From Candidatus Omnitrophota bacterium (GTDB lineage Bacteria; Omnitrophota; Gorgyraeia; Zapsychrales; Fredricksoniimonadaceae): a stretch of 64,000 nucleotides of DNA. The stretch spans positions 7,284 to 71,283 of the forward strand of contig JADFXH010000010.1 of NCBI GenBank assembly GCA_015233675.1, read 5' to 3'. The position numbers and the translations under genes are program-made. Below are positions 34,245 to 46,073 of this stretch, in pieces (the stretch's first letter is position 1; each line of letters begins with the position of its first letter). Below the pieces are notes generated by a model that was given only the letters and a program-made list of their open reading frames with translations, had not been told where the DNA came from and did not search any database.

Positions 34245-35849
34245 TTATTTCCCGCAATTCAGCGCCGCCTCTATAAAACCTTTGAACAGCGGATGGGCGA
34301 CGTCAGGCTTAGACTTGAATTCCGGATGGAACTGACAGCCGACAAACCACGGATGGTCTTTGATCTCGACAATTTCCACTAAATCCCGCTCGGGATTAAG
34401 TCCCGCGATTACCATCCCTTTTTGTGTCAACTGCCCACGATACGCATTATTGAATTCATAACGATGGCGATGGCGTTCGGAAATTTTTTCATTCTTATAC
34501 GCCTCAAAACTTTTAGTCCCCTTTTCCAAAACGCACGTGTAAGCCCCCAGGCGCATGGAAGCCCCCAAATTCTCGATCTTTTTCTGTTCTTCGATCAAAC
34601 TGATGACAGGATCCGGGGTCTGGGGATCAAATTCCGTCGAGTTCGCCGCTTTGAGGCCTGCCACATTACGGGCGAATTCTATGGTCGCGATCTGCATGCC
34701 TAAACAAATACCAAAAAACGGAATATTGTTTTCCCTGACATATTTAACTGCCGCAATTTTCCCCTCGATGCCGCGGCTGCCAAAACCGCCGGGAATCAAA
34801 ATCCCATGCGCGTCTTTTATATATTTCTTAAACCCATGTGTCTCCACTTCTTCGGAATCAACTTTAAAAATACTGACCTTCGCATTATTGGCAATCCCTC
34901 CGTGCACCAGTGCCTCATAGATAGATTTATAAGCATCTTGCAATGAAATGTATTTACCCACCACCGCGATCTTAACTTCTTTGGCCGGAAAACGCAGGCG
35001 TTTGACAACCCCGTCTTCCCAACTCTTGATACCACGGTCTGCCAGCTTAATATTCAGCTTCTTTAAAATCAACTCATCTAACCCTTCTTTTTTAAGGAAC
35101 AGCGGCACTTCGTAAATATGCTTAACGTCCGCCGCTTCAATAACATCTTCCACATCCACGTTACAAAAAAGGGCTATTTTTTCGCGTTGTTCCTGAGAGA
35201 TGGGTCTTTCGGTGCGACACATCAAAATCTGGGGGATGATCCCTATTTCCCGCAAGCGCCCGACGCTATGCTGAGTAGGTTTGGTTTTCTGTTCGCCGGC
35301 AGATTTAATATAAGGCAGCAGTGTCACGTGGATATTCAACGCGTAATGCTCCCCTAATTCCCAACGCAGCTGCCTGATGGCCTCCAAAAATGGAAGGCTT
35401 TCAATATCACCCACCGTTCCGCCGATCTCCACAATGGTCACATCCACATCATTAGATTTCGAGACCTTCAGGATGCGCTCTTTGATCTCATCCGTAATAT
35501 GAGGAATGATCTGCACGGTCTTGCCCAGATAATCCCCATGGCGTTCCTTGGTGATCACGGAATAATAGACTTTCCCGGCGGTAATGCTGCTGTCTTTAGT
35601 CAGCTGGGCATGGGTGAACCGTTCATAGTGCCCAAGGTCCAGGTCTGTTTCGGCCCCGTCGTCGGTTACATACACTTCCCCGTGCTGATAGGGATTCATG
35701 GTCCCCGGGTCTACATTCAAATACGGATCGCATTTGATGATGGCCGTCTTAAGGCCCCTGGCCTCAAGTAATTTGCCGATTGAAGCCGCGGCAATGCCTT
35801 TGCCTAAACTGGAGACCACTCCGCCTGTGACAAAAATGTATTTGCTCAT
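34245..35849 (-). CDS. pyrG: CTP synthase
   Basis: [18 protein letters not shown]...; the C-terminal GATase contains GICLGMQ and HRHRYE. Confidence 0.95.
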   Translation of the reverse strand: MSKYIFVTGGVVSSLGKGIAAASIGKLLEARGLKTAIIKCDPYLNVDPGTMNPYQHGEVYVTDDGAETDLDLGHYERFTHAQLTKDSSITAGKVYYSVITKERHGDYLGKTVQIIPHITDEIKERILKVSKSNDVDVTIVEIGGTVGDIESLPFLEAIRQLRWELGEHYALNIHVTLLPYIKSAGEQKTKPTQHSVGRLREIGIIPQILMCRTERPISQEQREKIALFCNVDVEDVIEAADVKHIYEVPLFLKKEGLDELILKKLNIKLADRGIKSWEDGVVKRLRFPAKEVKIAVVGKYISLQDAYKSIYEALVHGGIANNAKVSIFKVDSEEVETHGFKKYIKDAHGILIPGGFGSRGIEGKIAAVKYVRENNIPFFGICLGMQIATIEFARNVAGLKAANSTEFDPQTPDPVISLIEEQKKIENLGASMRLGAYTCVLEKGTKSFEAYKNEKISERHRHRYEFNNAYRGQLTQKGMVIAGLNPERDLVEIVEIKDHPWFVGCQFHPEFKSKPDVAHPLFKGFIEAALNCGK

Positions 35850-37219
35850 ATTTCCAACTTTAGTTTATCTGTGTTTTTAGGTATTTGTGTCGGATATTTC
35901 CCGGTAAAACAAGCTGAACAAAAATTGCCCTTTTCTTTCATGACCGACAACATGCCCTCCAGGCTCAAATAATACAAGGAGTCGACTTTAATAAAATCCG
36001 CGACTTCCTTGACCGTCTTATTGTGCGCGATCAATTCTCCCGTGGATGGAAAATCAATCCCGTAGAAACAGGGAAACTTGATAGGAGGGCAGGAAATACA
36101 CATATGTATTTCCTTGGCGCCGGCCTCGCGGATCTCTTCAATACGGCTGCGGGAGGTGGTCCCCCGCACGATTGAATCCTCGATGACAACAACTGACTTG
36201 CCTTTGATCATATCTTGAATGGGATTAAGCTTAACTCGAACCCGAAAATCACGCAAAAATTGGGAAGGCTGGATAAATGTACGTCCGATATAATGGTTGC
36301 GGACTATCGCCATTTCAAAAGGCAGCCCCAACTGCTGGGCATAGCCCAATGCCGCATAAAGACCGGAATCAGGAATACCCATCACAAAATCCGCTTTCAC
36401 CGGATGTTCAATGGCCAACCGTTCTCCCAATCGTTTTCTGACCTGATAAATATTATCATTAAAAATCCGGCTGTCGGGCCGGGCAAAATAAATATTCTCA
36501 AACACACAAAAAGCGCGGGATTCGCCTACAAAGCCGGGCAGAAAAACAGACTCTAGTTTATTGCCTTTAATGATCACAATTTCACCGGGTTCTATTTCAC
36601 GCACAAACTCAGCCTTCATCATATCAAAAGCACAGCTCTCTGATGCCAGGATATACCCATCCCCTAATTTCCCCAAACACAAAGGCCTGAACCCCTGGGG
36701 ATCACGGGCCCCGACCAGGCAATCCTTCAACAAAAGCACCACAGAATAAGCCCCTTTGACTTGGGCAAATACCTTGATGAGCCATTGGGGCATGTCCCCG
36801 TTAGGGGTCTTGGCTAATAAATGTACAAAAATTTCGGAGTCCATAGAAGTCTGAAAAATCGATCCTTCATTCTCCAATTTAGCGTAAAGCTCCTCAGTAT
36901 TAGTCAAGTTCCCGTTATGGGCCACGGCAATAGTTTTTTTGCGATGAGTTACTAAAATAGGCTGGATGTTTTTTGTTGTAGAACTGCCGGTGGTTGAATA
37001 CCGTGTGTGGGCAATGGCCATATGACCGGTTAATTTACGGATATTGTCCTCATCGAAATTATCCACTGCCAGGCCGCTTTTTTTTAAGACATGGGTCTCG
37101 CTCCCGTTGTAAGAGACAATCCCCGCCGCCTCCTCGCCTCTGTGCTGCAAGGCATACAGGCCTAAAAAGGCTATTTTACTTGCTTCCTTATGATGACTGA
37201 CGCCAACGATGCCGCACAT
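35846..37219 (-). CDS. purF: amidophosphoribosyltransferase
   Basis: MCGIVGV Ntn start; PRTase motif [13 protein letters not shown]. Confidence 0.95.
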   Translation of the reverse strand: MCGIVGVSHHKEASKIAFLGLYALQHRGEEAAGIVSYNGSETHVLKKSGLAVDNFDEDNIRKLTGHMAIAHTRYSTTGSSTTKNIQPILVTHRKKTIAVAHNGNLTNTEELYAKLENEGSIFQTSMDSEIFVHLLAKTPNGDMPQWLIKVFAQVKGAYSVVLLLKDCLVGARDPQGFRPLCLGKLGDGYILASESCAFDMMKAEFVREIEPGEIVIIKGNKLESVFLPGFVGESRAFCVFENIYFARPDSRIFNDNIYQVRKRLGERLAIEHPVKADFVMGIPDSGLYAALGYAQQLGLPFEMAIVRNHYIGRTFIQPSQFLRDFRVRVKLNPIQDMIKGKSVVVIEDSIVRGTTSRSRIEEIREAGAKEIHMCISCPPIKFPCFYGIDFPSTGELIAHNKTVKEVADFIKVDSLYYLSLEGMLSVMKEKGNFCSACFTGKYPTQIPKNTDKLKLEI

Positions 37220-37249
37220 ATACGAACCTCAAATTTATTTTAGCCCCTT

Positions 37250-37274
37250 GTCATTCCCGCGAAAGCTGGAATCT
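37250..37274 (+). repeat. REP-like hairpin, copy 1 (GTCATTCCCGCGAAAGCTGGAATCT)
   Basis: An 8-bp stem with one mismatch and a GAAA loop, in the purF-carB spacer. Confidence 0.7.
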
Positions 37275-37318
37275 ATAACAAAATTAATTCTGATTAAAAT
37301 TCCGTGATGACAAAAATA

Positions 37319-40300
37319 TTAAACTTCAATCTTTGACCGGTACAATACCTGTAATGATTCTACCGTAAACTCCTCCTTAATACTCGCTTCTATGCCATTG
37401 ACCGCGGCCCATGCGCCCTGTAAAGTGGTAATACAAGGGATATTATGCAAAATAGCTGCCGCCCTGATGACCCTCATATCCGATTGGCTTTTTTTGCCTG
37501 ATGGCGTATTGATAATTAGATTTATCTCACCTTTTTGGACTAATGTCAACGCGTTATTTTCACCTTCATAATGTTTGTCTACGATGATCACATCAATCCC
37601 CGCTGAACGAAGGGCCTTGGCCGTGCCCCGGGTGGCCATGATCTTAAATTGTAAATCTGCCAGCTTCTTGGCGATAAATGCCACATCGCGTTTGTCAAAA
37701 TCATTGACACTAATAAAAATTACCCCTTGTTTGGGCAAGGCTTGGTTGGCCGCCATTTGAGATTTGGCAAAAGCCGCTCCAAAACTCGAGGCTATGCCCA
37801 TGACCTCACCTGTGGATTTCATTTCCGGCCCTAAAATAATATCTACCCCGGAGAAACGGCTGAAGGGCAACACCGATTCTTTGACACAGATATATTTTAA
37901 TTCTTCCGGATTAACCAATTCAAAATCACTCAGTTTCTTGCCGGCCATGATCTGGGCTGCGATCTTAGCGAGCGGCATACCTGTGGCTTTACTGACAAAC
38001 GGAGTGGTCCTAGACGCGCGAGGATTGACCTCAAGGACATACACCTGACGGCCTTTAACCGCGAATTGAATATTCATCAGCCCCACGACCTTCAGCGCAT
38101 GAGCTAAACGCACGGTCTGGTTTTTAATGTCCTCAATCACCTCTTCGCTTAATGTGTGGGGCGGCAAAACGCAGGCTGAGTCACCCGAATGGATACCGGC
38201 ATTTTCAATATGTTCCATAACTCCGGCGACATACACATCCTTACCGTCACAAATGGCGTCAACGTCCACCTCTTGGGCATCCTCCAAAAATTTATCGATC
38301 AATACCGGATGCCCGCGCGAGACGCTGTGAAGTTCATCTAAAAAGGATTTGATCGACTCTTCATCATAAACGATCCGCATCGCACGTCCGCCCAGCACGT
38401 AGGAAGGCCTCACCAGTACAGGATAGCCGATGCGGCCGGCCGCAATCAGCGTTTCTTCCTTAGTTACAGTTGAGGCATTAGCCGGCTGTTTTAGCCCCAG
38501 CTTGTCCATTAATTTGGAAAAATGCTCCCGGTTTTCGGCGAGGTCAATAGAGTCAACGGTAGTCCCGATAATCGGCACCCCTGCCTGGGAAAGACGGCGC
38601 GCTAAATTAAGCGGCGTCTGCCCTCCAAATTGAACAATGACTCCGTCGGGTTTCTCCACTTCAAATACGTTCATCACATCTTCAAATGTCAAAGGTTCAA
38701 AATACAGCCTGTCCGAGGTGTCATAATCCGTCGAAACCGTTTCCGGATTAGAGTTGATCATAATCGTTTCAAAACCCATTTCCTTAAGGGCAAAGGCCGC
38801 ATGGCAGCAGCAATAATCAAATTCGATCCCCTGCCCGATGCGATTGGGCCCTCCTCCCAAAATCATGATCTTCTTCTTTTTAGATTTGCTCTTTTGATTA
38901 TTGATGATCGCCTCGTCTTCAGTCTCATATGTCGAATAATAGTAAGGCGTATATGCCTCGAACTCCGCGGCACAGGTATCCACCAGTTTGAAGGTCACCA
39001 CAATCCCCAAATCCTTACGCATCGCACGAACGTCTTTTTCGCTTTTGTTCAGGATTTCAGCCAACTGAGCGTCTGAAAAACCGTATTCCTTGGCCCGTCG
39101 TAAAAGTTCCGGCCCCAGGGTCCCGCTAGAGTCGCCCACGGATTTTAAATGGTCCTCCAGCTCTAAAATCTGGGCGATCTGGTCAATAAACCAAACATCA
39201 ATCTTGGAAATCTCCGAAACCTGGTCTATGCTCATTCCTTTTTGCAATGCGTATTTCAAATAGAATATACGTGAGGCATTGGGCTCTTGGAGGCGCTGAC
39301 GGATTTTAACATCATCAATATAGCGCCAGTCCTGTTTATTATCCAGACCGATGTGGTCGATCTCCAGCCCCCTTAACCCCTTTTGCAAAGCTTCCTTGAA
39401 ATTACGGCCGATGGCCATGGTTTCACCGACGCTCTTCATTTGTATGCTTAAAATATCTTTGGCTTCAGGGAACTTTTCAAAAGTAAAGCGGGGGATCTTG
39501 ACGACTACATAATCAATGGTAGGCTCAAAACACGCGGGCGTTTCCCTGGTAATATCATTCTGAATTTCATCCAGCGAATAACCCACAGCTAATTTGGCGG
39601 CGAATTTAGCAATGGGGAAACCTGTCGCCTTTGACGCCAAAGCTGAGGAACGAGAGACCCTCGGGTTCATTTCAATAACCACCATTCGTCCGTCTTTAGG
39701 GTCCACGGCGAATTGGATATTCGACCCTCCGGTTTCAACCCCGATCTCCCGGATCAAACGGATTGAGGCATCACGCATGTTCTGGTACTCGGCGTCAGTC
39801 AATGTCTGTGCCGGCGCTACAGTAATGCTGTCTCCGGTATGCACCCCCATGGGGTCTAAATTTTCAATGGAGCAGACGATCACAACATTATCGTTATAGT
39901 CCCTCATCACTTCCAGCTCATATTCTTTCCAGCCTTCAATAGACTCCTCAATGAGGATCTCATGGATCATGGAACTTTCAATCCCTAAGGCCGCGATGCG
40001 CTCGAATTCCTGCATGTCATGCGCGATCCCTCCGCCTGTTCCTCCTAAGGTAAAAGAAGCCCTTACGATGCAAGGGAATCCGATACCCGTAACCGCATAC
40101 TTGGCTTCTTCAACATTATACGCAAAAACACTTTTAGGGACCTCTAGCCCCACTTTAATAGCTGCGGCTTTAAATTCACTGCGGTCTTCAGATTTTCTGA
40201 TCACCTCATATTTGGCCCCAAGCATTTCGACGTTATATTTGGCTAAAATTCCCTGCTCATGGAGTTTCATGGCCAAATTAAGCCCTGTCTGACCTCCTAA

Positions 40301-40567
40301 AGTAGGCAAAATTGCATTAGGCCTTTCTTTACGGATGATATATTCCAAAAATTCAGTCGTCAATGGCTCAATGTAGGTAGCGTCGGCAATGCCCGGATCA
40401 GTCATAATGGTTGCCGGATTAGAATTAATCAGCACAACCTCATAGCCTTCTTCTTTGAGGGCCTTGCAAGCCTGGGAGCCGGAATAATCAAATTCACAAG
40501 CCTGACCTATAACAATAGGCCCTGCTCCTATGATCATAATTTTCTTAATATCAGTTCGCTTTGGCAT
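37319..40567 (-). CDS. carB: carbamoyl-phosphate synthase large subunit
   Basis: [33 protein letters not shown]. Duplicated ATP-grasp halves and a C-terminal MGS-like domain. Confidence 0.95.
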   Translation of the reverse strand: MPKRTDIKKIMIIGAGPIVIGQACEFDYSGSQACKALKEEGYEVVLINSNPATIMTDPGIADATYIEPLTTEFLEYIIRKERPNAILPTLGGQTGLNLAMKLHEQGILAKYNVEMLGAKYEVIRKSEDRSEFKAAAIKVGLEVPKSVFAYNVEEAKYAVTGIGFPCIVRASFTLGGTGGGIAHDMQEFERIAALGIESSMIHEILIEESIEGWKEYELEVMRDYNDNVVIVCSIENLDPMGVHTGDSITVAPAQTLTDAEYQNMRDASIRLIREIGVETGGSNIQFAVDPKDGRMVVIEMNPRVSRSSALASKATGFPIAKFAAKLAVGYSLDEIQNDITRETPACFEPTIDYVVVKIPRFTFEKFPEAKDILSIQMKSVGETMAIGRNFKEALQKGLRGLEIDHIGLDNKQDWRYIDDVKIRQRLQEPNASRIFYLKYALQKGMSIDQVSEISKIDVWFIDQIAQILELEDHLKSVGDSSGTLGPELLRRAKEYGFSDAQLAEILNKSEKDVRAMRKDLGIVVTFKLVDTCAAEFEAYTPYYYSTYETEDEAIINNQKSKSKKKKIMILGGGPNRIGQGIEFDYCCCHAAFALKEMGFETIMINSNPETVSTDYDTSDRLYFEPLTFEDVMNVFEVEKPDGVIVQFGGQTPLNLARRLSQAGVPIIGTTVDSIDLAENREHFSKLMDKLGLKQPANASTVTKEETLIAAGRIGYPVLVRPSYVLGGRAMRIVYDEESIKSFLDELHSVSRGHPVLIDKFLEDAQEVDVDAICDGKDVYVAGVMEHIENAGIHSGDSACVLPPHTLSEEVIEDIKNQTVRLAHALKVVGLMNIQFAVKGRQVYVLEVNPRASRTTPFVSKATGMPLAKIAAQIMAGKKLSDFELVNPEELKYICVKESVLPFSRFSGVDIILGPEMKSTGEVMGIASSFGAAFAKSQMAANQALPKQGVIFISVNDFDKRDVAFIAKKLADLQFKIMATRGTAKALRSAGIDVIIVDKHYEGENNALTLVQKGEINLIINTPSGKKSQSDMRVIRAAAILHNIPCITTLQGAWAAVNGIEASIKEEFTVESLQVLYRSKIEV

Positions 40568-41657
40568 TTTTATGGTTATCGATCATTTCAATAAACTTAT
40601 TGAACAAATACTTAGCGTCATGCGGGCCGGGGGCTGATTCCGGGTGATACTGTATGGAGAATGCGGGGAACTTTTTATGCCGGATACCCTCAACGCTCTG
40701 ATCGTTTAAATTCATATGAATAATCTCTACATCGTTGAGGTTGAGACTTTTAATATCCACACAAAACCCGTGGTTCTGGCTTGTGACCGCGATACTGTTT
40801 CCCTCAAGGTCTTTGACCGGATGATTAGCCCCATGATGACCGAATTTTAGTTTATATGTCTTTCCGCCAAGAGCCAGGCCTAAAATCTGATTGCCTAAGC
40901 AAATGCCGAAAATAGGGACCTTCCCTAATAATTCCCGGACAGTATCAATCACATAGGTCACAACTGCCGGATCGCCGGGGCCGTTGGAAAGGAATAACCC
41001 GTCGGGCTTGATACTCATAATTTCTTTTGATTTTGCCTTGGCCGGAAATACATGCACTTCACATCCCAAGCCTGCCAATATACGCAATATATTATATTTG
41101 ATCCCGCAGTCAATGGCCGCTATCTTGTAACGCCTGGGACCCTGGTGCTTCCAAACGTATTTCTTTAAAGTACTGACATCCTTGACAAAATCCATTCCTT
41201 CCATAGAAGGCATCTCATCTATTTTTCTCTGGAGACTTTTGGGATCAAAATCTTCCGTTGAAATAAGCGCTTTCATGGCTCCGGATATACGCAAATGACG
41301 GGTCAAGGCACGCGTGTCCACTCCTTCTAAAGCGATAATTTTATTGTCATTTAAATACTCGGTCAGGCTTTTTTTAGCGCGCCAATTTGAATGGCGGCGG
41401 CAGAATTCTTTGACAACAAAGCCTTTGACATGAATATCGTCAGATTCAACATCTTCATCATTAACACCGTAATTCCCGATCAAAGGATAGGTCATAACGA
41501 CAATCTGTCCGGTATAGGAGGGATCAGTGAGAACTTCCTGATAACCGGTCATGGCGGTATTAAAGACAGCTTCGCCTGCGGTTTCCCCTGTCTCTTTTAA
41601 AGTACGGCCGCGGAAGCTCGTACCGTCCTGAAGATATAATATTGCTTCTTTCATGCC
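40551..41657 (-). CDS. carA: carbamoyl-phosphate synthase small subunit
   Basis: [17 protein letters not shown]... and the GATase motif GICLGNQ. The start is set at the internal Met; the ORF track extends to 41723. Confidence 0.92.
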   Translation of the reverse strand, partial: GMKEAILYLQDGTSFRGRTLKETGETAGEAVFNTAMTGYQEVLTDPSYTGQIVVMTYPLIGNYGVNDEDVESDDIHVKGFVVKEFCRRHSNWRAKKSLTEYLNDNKIIALEGVDTRALTRHLRISGAMKALISTEDFDPKSLQRKIDEMPSMEGMDFVKDVSTLKKYVWKHQGPRRYKIAAIDCGIKYNILRILAGLGCEVHVFPAKAKSKEIMSIKPDGLFLSNGPGDPAVVTYVIDTVRELLGKVPIFGICLGNQILGLALGGKTYKLKFGHHGANHPVKDLEGNSIAVTSQNHGFCVDIKSLNLNDVEIIHMNLNDQSVEGIRHKKFPAFSIQYHPESAPGPHDAKYLFNKFIEMIDNHKNAKAN

Positions 41658-41816
41658 CTGCTTTTTAATTGAAATATTGCGGAAAAAAGCCCAATTGCAT
41701 CGGTTTCTAAATAACAGAATCATCCGACGTCGAGGGAATAATTTATATTATCTTAAACACTATAAGGCAACTCTTCTTTATTGTCAAGCAAGCTTCCTAC
41801 AGTTTAAATTTTTCCT

Positions 41817-42200
41817 TTAGGATTCCCTATTACTCAGGATGGATTTAATTGAGGCAACCAGTTTTTCCGGAGGCATCGTTTTTTGAATATAGTCACTGGC
41901 TCCGTAAGAAGCATAGTCTATTAAATCCTTGGGAGTATCAATAGATGTATAAAAAATAACGGGAATTTCTTCTGTGGATGGATTTCGCTTAAGTTTTTTA
42001 CATATTTCTATCCCGGAAATGCCCGGAAGCAGAACGTCCAAAAGAATCAAATCCGGCTTTTGTTCCTGGGCCATGCGCATGCCTTGGGGGCCGTCTTCCG
42101 CCAAAAGAACGTCAAAACCATTTTTTACCAAAATCTGGTTGACCAGCGTCCTATCCATCAGGCTATCATCAATAAATAAAATTATTTTTTTATCTGACAT
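41817..42200 (-). CDS. single-domain response regulator (CheY-like receiver)
   Basis: ILFIDDSLMDR...DLILLDVLLPGISG...KP-type receiver motifs. Confidence 0.85.
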   Translation of the reverse strand: MSDKKIILFIDDSLMDRTLVNQILVKNGFDVLLAEDGPQGMRMAQEQKPDLILLDVLLPGISGIEICKKLKRNPSTEEIPVIFYTSIDTPKDLIDYASYGASDYIQKTMPPEKLVASIKSILSNRES

Positions 42201-42240
42201 ATATAAATTAAGTATACATCTTTTTTAGTAATGTCGACAA

Positions 42241-42885
42241 CTATTGTTTTAACTTTTCTAAACTATACCCTATCTTCTCTATCCCCGAACTGACCGCTAG
42301 ATTGATGGGCAAAAATGTATGTCCGTGACAAGGGTCAATGCCTGCCACATAACAAGCATGGGCGGTTAATAAAGGGACCTCCCCTGTCTCTTTTTGGAAT
42401 TCCTGTCGGGCACGTTTACAGGCTTGAGGCTGGCTATCGGTGATGATTTTACATGTAACGAGCTCTCGTCGTCCATATTTATTTTTTCGGGCAGAAAAAC
42501 CAAATAAACGGCACAACCCGGGGCGGTAAGCATAAATACTGCAACATCCGCCGGCCTGATTTATAGGATCATGCACATAAAAAACACACACCCCATTAGT
42601 GGCGTTTAATCGGATCTCTTCCAGTTTATGTTGGGCCATGCCTTTGGACCACAGGTGAGCTGCCAATGGCAAGACTTCAGCAATCGTTGTTTCAATGCAG
42701 GGATTTTCACAACAAGAACCACAGCCGTCCTTACATTTGAGCCCTGTCTGCCCGGAAAATTCTTCTGTCTGCCGGTCGATGCTGTCAAACAAAGACATTA
42801 TGTCCCTAATGATCTTTTGGTCCATAAGGGGCAGACAACGGATTATTTCATCGAAAGTCATACTCATCTGTCCAAATGACGTCAT
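42241..42885 (-). CDS. YkgJ/UPF0153-family cysteine-cluster (Zn/Fe-S) protein
   Basis: CKDGCGSCCENPCIE... and the later C...CRLFG. The annotated start lies inside a REP-like repeat, so the true start is probably the Met of MSMTFDE. Confidence 0.65.
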   Translation of the reverse strand: MTSFGQMSMTFDEIIRCLPLMDQKIIRDIMSLFDSIDRQTEEFSGQTGLKCKDGCGSCCENPCIETTIAEVLPLAAHLWSKGMAQHKLEEIRLNATNGVCVFYVHDPINQAGGCCSIYAYRPGLCRLFGFSARKNKYGRRELVTCKIITDSQPQACKRARQEFQKETGEVPLLTAHACYVAGIDPCHGHTFLPINLAVSSGIEKIGYSLEKLKQ

Positions 42886-42906
42886 TCTGAGCGAAGCAAA
42901 GAATCT
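42881..42906 (+). repeat. REP-like element, divergent copy (GTCATTCTGAGCGAAGCAAAGAATCT)
   Basis: It has the same TCATTC...GAATCT ends as the other copies, with a different interior. Confidence 0.5.
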
Positions 42907-42933
42907 TAATGCGTCTTAAAAATCGCGGCTGAT

Positions 42934-43518
42934 TCAAAATGATTGAGACAGTGCTCTTAAAACGCTCTCTTCAAGTTGGGGATCCATGGGATCAGTCTTG
43001 GGTCCAAATCGGGCTATCACCCGACCCTGTCGGTCAACTAGAAATTTATTAAAATTCCAAGTAATCTCTCCTGAAAAACCTGATAAAGTTGTCAAATATT
43101 GATATAAAAAATCTATTCCCGGCTTTCGAACGCTGATTTGAGAAAAAAGCGGAAAACTTGTCTTAAAGCTCAGTTCACAAAATTGTTTGGGAGGACTATT
43201 GTCTCCCGGTTCCTGACCCGGAAAATCATTAGTAGGAAAAGCCAGAATGACAAACCCGCGATCCTTGTAACGCTCATACAGCTTTTCCAGATCGTTGTAC
43301 TGGTTTCCCTCCCCGCAATGGATAGTGGTATTAACTATCAAAAGCGCTTGGCCCCTATAATCCGCGAGACTCTTATCAGTCCCTGCCATAGTTTTGACTT
43401 TAAAATCATAGACGCTTTGAACCCTGGCCGGATTTGCCATCTCCTGCGCCTGCGCCTGACTAACGAAGATAAAAATACTCAACGCATAAAACGTGATGAT
43501 AAAACCTTTCATAATCAT
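42934..43518 (-). CDS. glutathione peroxidase family protein with signal peptide
   Basis: VYDFKVKTMAGTDKSLADYRGQALLIVNT..HCG...ILAFPTNDFPGQEPG...WNFNKFLVDRQGRV. Confidence 0.85.
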   Translation of the reverse strand: MIMKGFIITFYALSIFIFVSQAQAQEMANPARVQSVYDFKVKTMAGTDKSLADYRGQALLIVNTTIHCGEGNQYNDLEKLYERYKDRGFVILAFPTNDFPGQEPGDNSPPKQFCELSFKTSFPLFSQISVRKPGIDFLYQYLTTLSGFSGEITWNFNKFLVDRQGRVIARFGPKTDPMDPQLEESVLRALSQSF

Positions 43519-43544
43519 CCCTCCGCATGACTATTAAATTGACG

Positions 43545-43925
43545 TTAAATATAGGCCACAACTTCGATTTCCACCAAAGAATCCTTGGGGATACGGGCAA
43601 CCTGAAGGGTGGAACGGGCTGGCGCTGTTTCGCTCTTAAAATATTTAGCGTACACTTCATTCATTCCGGCGAAATCATTCAAATCTTTCAAATAAACAGT
43701 CGCCTTGATCACTTTTTCCAAAGATGATCCGCCGTGAGTTAAAACTACGCTGAGATTTTGGATGACCTGCTCTGTCTGTTCTTTAATGCCTCCGTCAACC
43801 ATATTACCCTGTTTGTCGAGCGGAATTTGTCCGGCCGTGTAAATTAAATTGCCGATTGATACGGCTTGATTGTAAGGTCCCACCGGTAAAGACGCCTTAT
43901 CCGTTTTAATAATTTTCTTGCTCAT
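43545..43925 (-). CDS. RidA/YjgF family reactive-intermediate deaminase
   Basis: PVGPYNQAVSIGNLIYTAGQIPLD...ARSTLQVARIPKDSLVEIEVVA. Confidence 0.9.
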   Translation of the reverse strand: MSKKIIKTDKASLPVGPYNQAVSIGNLIYTAGQIPLDKQGNMVDGGIKEQTEQVIQNLSVVLTHGGSSLEKVIKATVYLKDLNDFAGMNEVYAKYFKSETAPARSTLQVARIPKDSLVEIEVVAYI

Positions 43926-43960
43926 TTGCTCCTCCTCTGCGGGGTCTATTTTGGCGTTGC

Positions 43961-44149
43961 TGTTATGGACATGGGCAAAGAATTATTGCCTTCCACACAT
44001 TCAGGAATTTTTCGCCAAATGTCTGCAAGGGTTTATGACAAAAATGTTCCAAATGAAGAGAAACTTTAGAACATTTTTGTTGTAAACCGAAGCAGACGGC
44101 GAAAATATTCCGTGTGGAAGGTAATAATTCTTTGCCCATGTCCATAACA
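43961..44149. mobile_element. 189-bp foldback palindrome (MITE-like element or long structured RNA)
   Basis: The 38-bp termini TGTTATGGACATGGGCAAAGAATTATTGCCTTCCACAC (43961-43998) and their reverse complement (44112-44149) match at 37/38. The inner arms are also largely complementary down to the centre. Confidence 0.55.
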
Positions 44150-44150
44150 C

Positions 44151-45374
44151 TTACAACTGTTTAATTAATGCCTGCGCCACTGTGTAGCCGCTGGACCATG
44201 CCCATTGAAAATTAAATCCGCCGATACGCCCGTCCACATCAAGGACTTCTCCGGCAAAGAATAAACCGGGCTCTAATTTAGATTCTAACGTCTTCGGGTT
44301 AATTTCAGACAGATCAATTCCACCGGCGGTCACTTCTGCTTTACTATATCCTAGAGCTCCCGTAATATCAAGAGGATAATGCACACACTTAGCTGCTAAA
44401 CGCTGCCGCAACCCCTTATCCAGTTGATTCATGACCAGGTCCGATTTAATGCCTGCTTTTTTAAGGATGACCTCAGCCAAACGCTTAGGCATCAATTCAT
44501 CCAATACCCCTTGTAGTGTCTTGCGGGGGGCCTTTTGCTGAAGGAGGCACAGGTGCGATTGCAGGGAATGCTCGTCATGGTCCGGAATAAAATTAATAAT
44601 GACCTGTTTTTGACCTTCGGCTCTAATCCAGTGCCGGCTGATATCCAGCACCGCGGGTCCGGAAAAGCCAAGGTGCGTAAAAAGAAAACTGCCCCGGGTG
44701 AAAAAATGCTTTTTGCCATCGATTAAAAGAGACAGGGATGCTTTAATTGTGATCCCTGATAAATTTTTAAAATCAACATCCCTGGAACTTAAAGGTGTCA
44801 GCGCGGCTGTAGCATCGATCATCGAGTGCCCAAAGGATTGCGCCAGCCTAAAACCTGTTCCGTCACTGCCGGTTGCGGGATAAGATAATCCTCCTGTCGT
44901 AAGGACTATTTTTTTACAATGAAAACGGAAATGTTCCCCTTTGAGGAAAAAACCATTAATATCACGGCCTGCCGCCTCAACTTTATGATCGCACAACAGT
45001 GTTATATTATTCTCTAAATTTATTTTACCCAAAAGCGCCTCAAGGATTGTTTTGCCTGAATTAGTAGATGGGAAATATTTTCCCTCACTATCGATGGTCA
45101 ATTCAACGCCCAAATCCTTAAAAAAGCGGATCGTGTCCGTATTACTAAAAGACCTGAGAATATGGCGCACACAAATAATCTTCCCGCTGTTAAAATCCTT
45201 TTCACTGACCGTTTGATTGGTGACATTACACCGGGTCCCTCCGGAGATAATGATCTTGGCTCCGGGCCGGCTTTGCCCTTCAAGCAAAAGTACCCTCAGC
45301 CCTCCAAAACCCGCCTGTATGGCTGTCATCAATCCCGCCGCCCCTGCCCCGACAATGATCACATCATAATCCAT
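44151..45374 (-). CDS. HI0933/BaiN-like NAD(P)/FAD-dependent oxidoreductase
   Basis: MDYDVIIVGAGAAGLMTAI...GGTRCNVTN...FAGEVLDVDGRIGGFNFQWAWSSG. Confidence 0.85.
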   Translation of the reverse strand: MDYDVIIVGAGAAGLMTAIQAGFGGLRVLLLEGQSRPGAKIIISGGTRCNVTNQTVSEKDFNSGKIICVRHILRSFSNTDTIRFFKDLGVELTIDSEGKYFPSTNSGKTILEALLGKINLENNITLLCDHKVEAAGRDINGFFLKGEHFRFHCKKIVLTTGGLSYPATGSDGTGFRLAQSFGHSMIDATAALTPLSSRDVDFKNLSGITIKASLSLLIDGKKHFFTRGSFLFTHLGFSGPAVLDISRHWIRAEGQKQVIINFIPDHDEHSLQSHLCLLQQKAPRKTLQGVLDELMPKRLAEVILKKAGIKSDLVMNQLDKGLRQRLAAKCVHYPLDITGALGYSKAEVTAGGIDLSEINPKTLESKLEPGLFFAGEVLDVDGRIGGFNFQWAWSSGYTVAQALIKQL

Positions 45375-46073
45375 TTATACTATTTCCTTTTTATCGATTT
45401 CCCGAAATTGACCGGGCGAAAGATCGCCTAACTTTAATTTCCCGAATGAAATGCGTTTAAGCGCCGTGACTTGTGAGCCGATTGTCTCAAACATGCGGCG
45501 GATCTCGCGATTTTTCCCCTCGGAAAGCTCAACAATCAAATGAGATTCTTTATTGCTTTCCTTACGTAAAATAATCCCTGATGCTTTCAACAACTGCCCC
45601 TGATTTTCTATGCCTTCAGACAATTGCTTTATTTTATTGCCGGTGATACGCCCTGTGACAGTGACGGTATAAATACGGGGTATCGCATTGTCCGGATCGG
45701 TCAAAAAATTAGACAACTGAGTGTCTGTTGTCATCAATAACAAGCCGCAAGATGCCATATCCAGCCGTCCAACCGGATGCAAATGTTGTAAAGGGGCCGG
45801 CAGCAAATCATAAACGGTTTTACGCCCTTTTTCATCTGATCTGCTGGTGACTATCCCCTTGGGCTTATATAACATGATCGTGCAAAATGCCGCGCGCTTC
45901 GCAGGCTTACCGTCAATGGCTATAGGAACTGCCTGTGGGTCAACTAAAACCGCAGGATCTTTGATAATATGCCCATTGACTGCAATGCGCCCTGCCTTGA
46001 TCCATTCTTTGGTCTGGCTGCGAGAGGCAATGCCTAATTTCGATAACGCCCTCTCTAAAGGAACTTGACCCAT
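45375..46073 (-). CDS. pseudouridine synthase, RsuA/RluB family, with S4 domain
   Basis: S4: LSKLGIASRSQTKEWIKAGRIAVNG. Catalytic GRLDMASCGLLLMTTD. Confidence 0.85.
   Translation of the reverse strand: MGQVPLERALSKLGIASRSQTKEWIKAGRIAVNGHIIKDPAVLVDPQAVPIAIDGKPAKRAAFCTIMLYKPKGIVTSRSDEKGRKTVYDLLPAPLQHLHPVGRLDMASCGLLLMTTDTQLSNFLTDPDNAIPRIYTVTVTGRITGNKIKQLSEGIENQGQLLKASGIILRKESNKESHLIVELSEGKNREIRRMFETIGSQVTALKRISFGKLKLGDLSPGQFREIDKKEIV

Noticed and set aside
41658-41723. The N-terminal 22-aa extension of carA on the ORF track. The same applies to glpK at 50015-50080.
   Set aside because: The conserved protein N-termini begin at the internal Met ([11 protein letters not shown]; MKKHILSIDQGTTG). 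The extensions are not conserved-looking, and the glpK extension would overlap the upstream gene.
43963-44145. 60-aa minus-strand ORF.
   Set aside because: It lies entirely within the 189-bp foldback palindrome. There is no SD, and the amino-acid sequence mirrors the palindrome.
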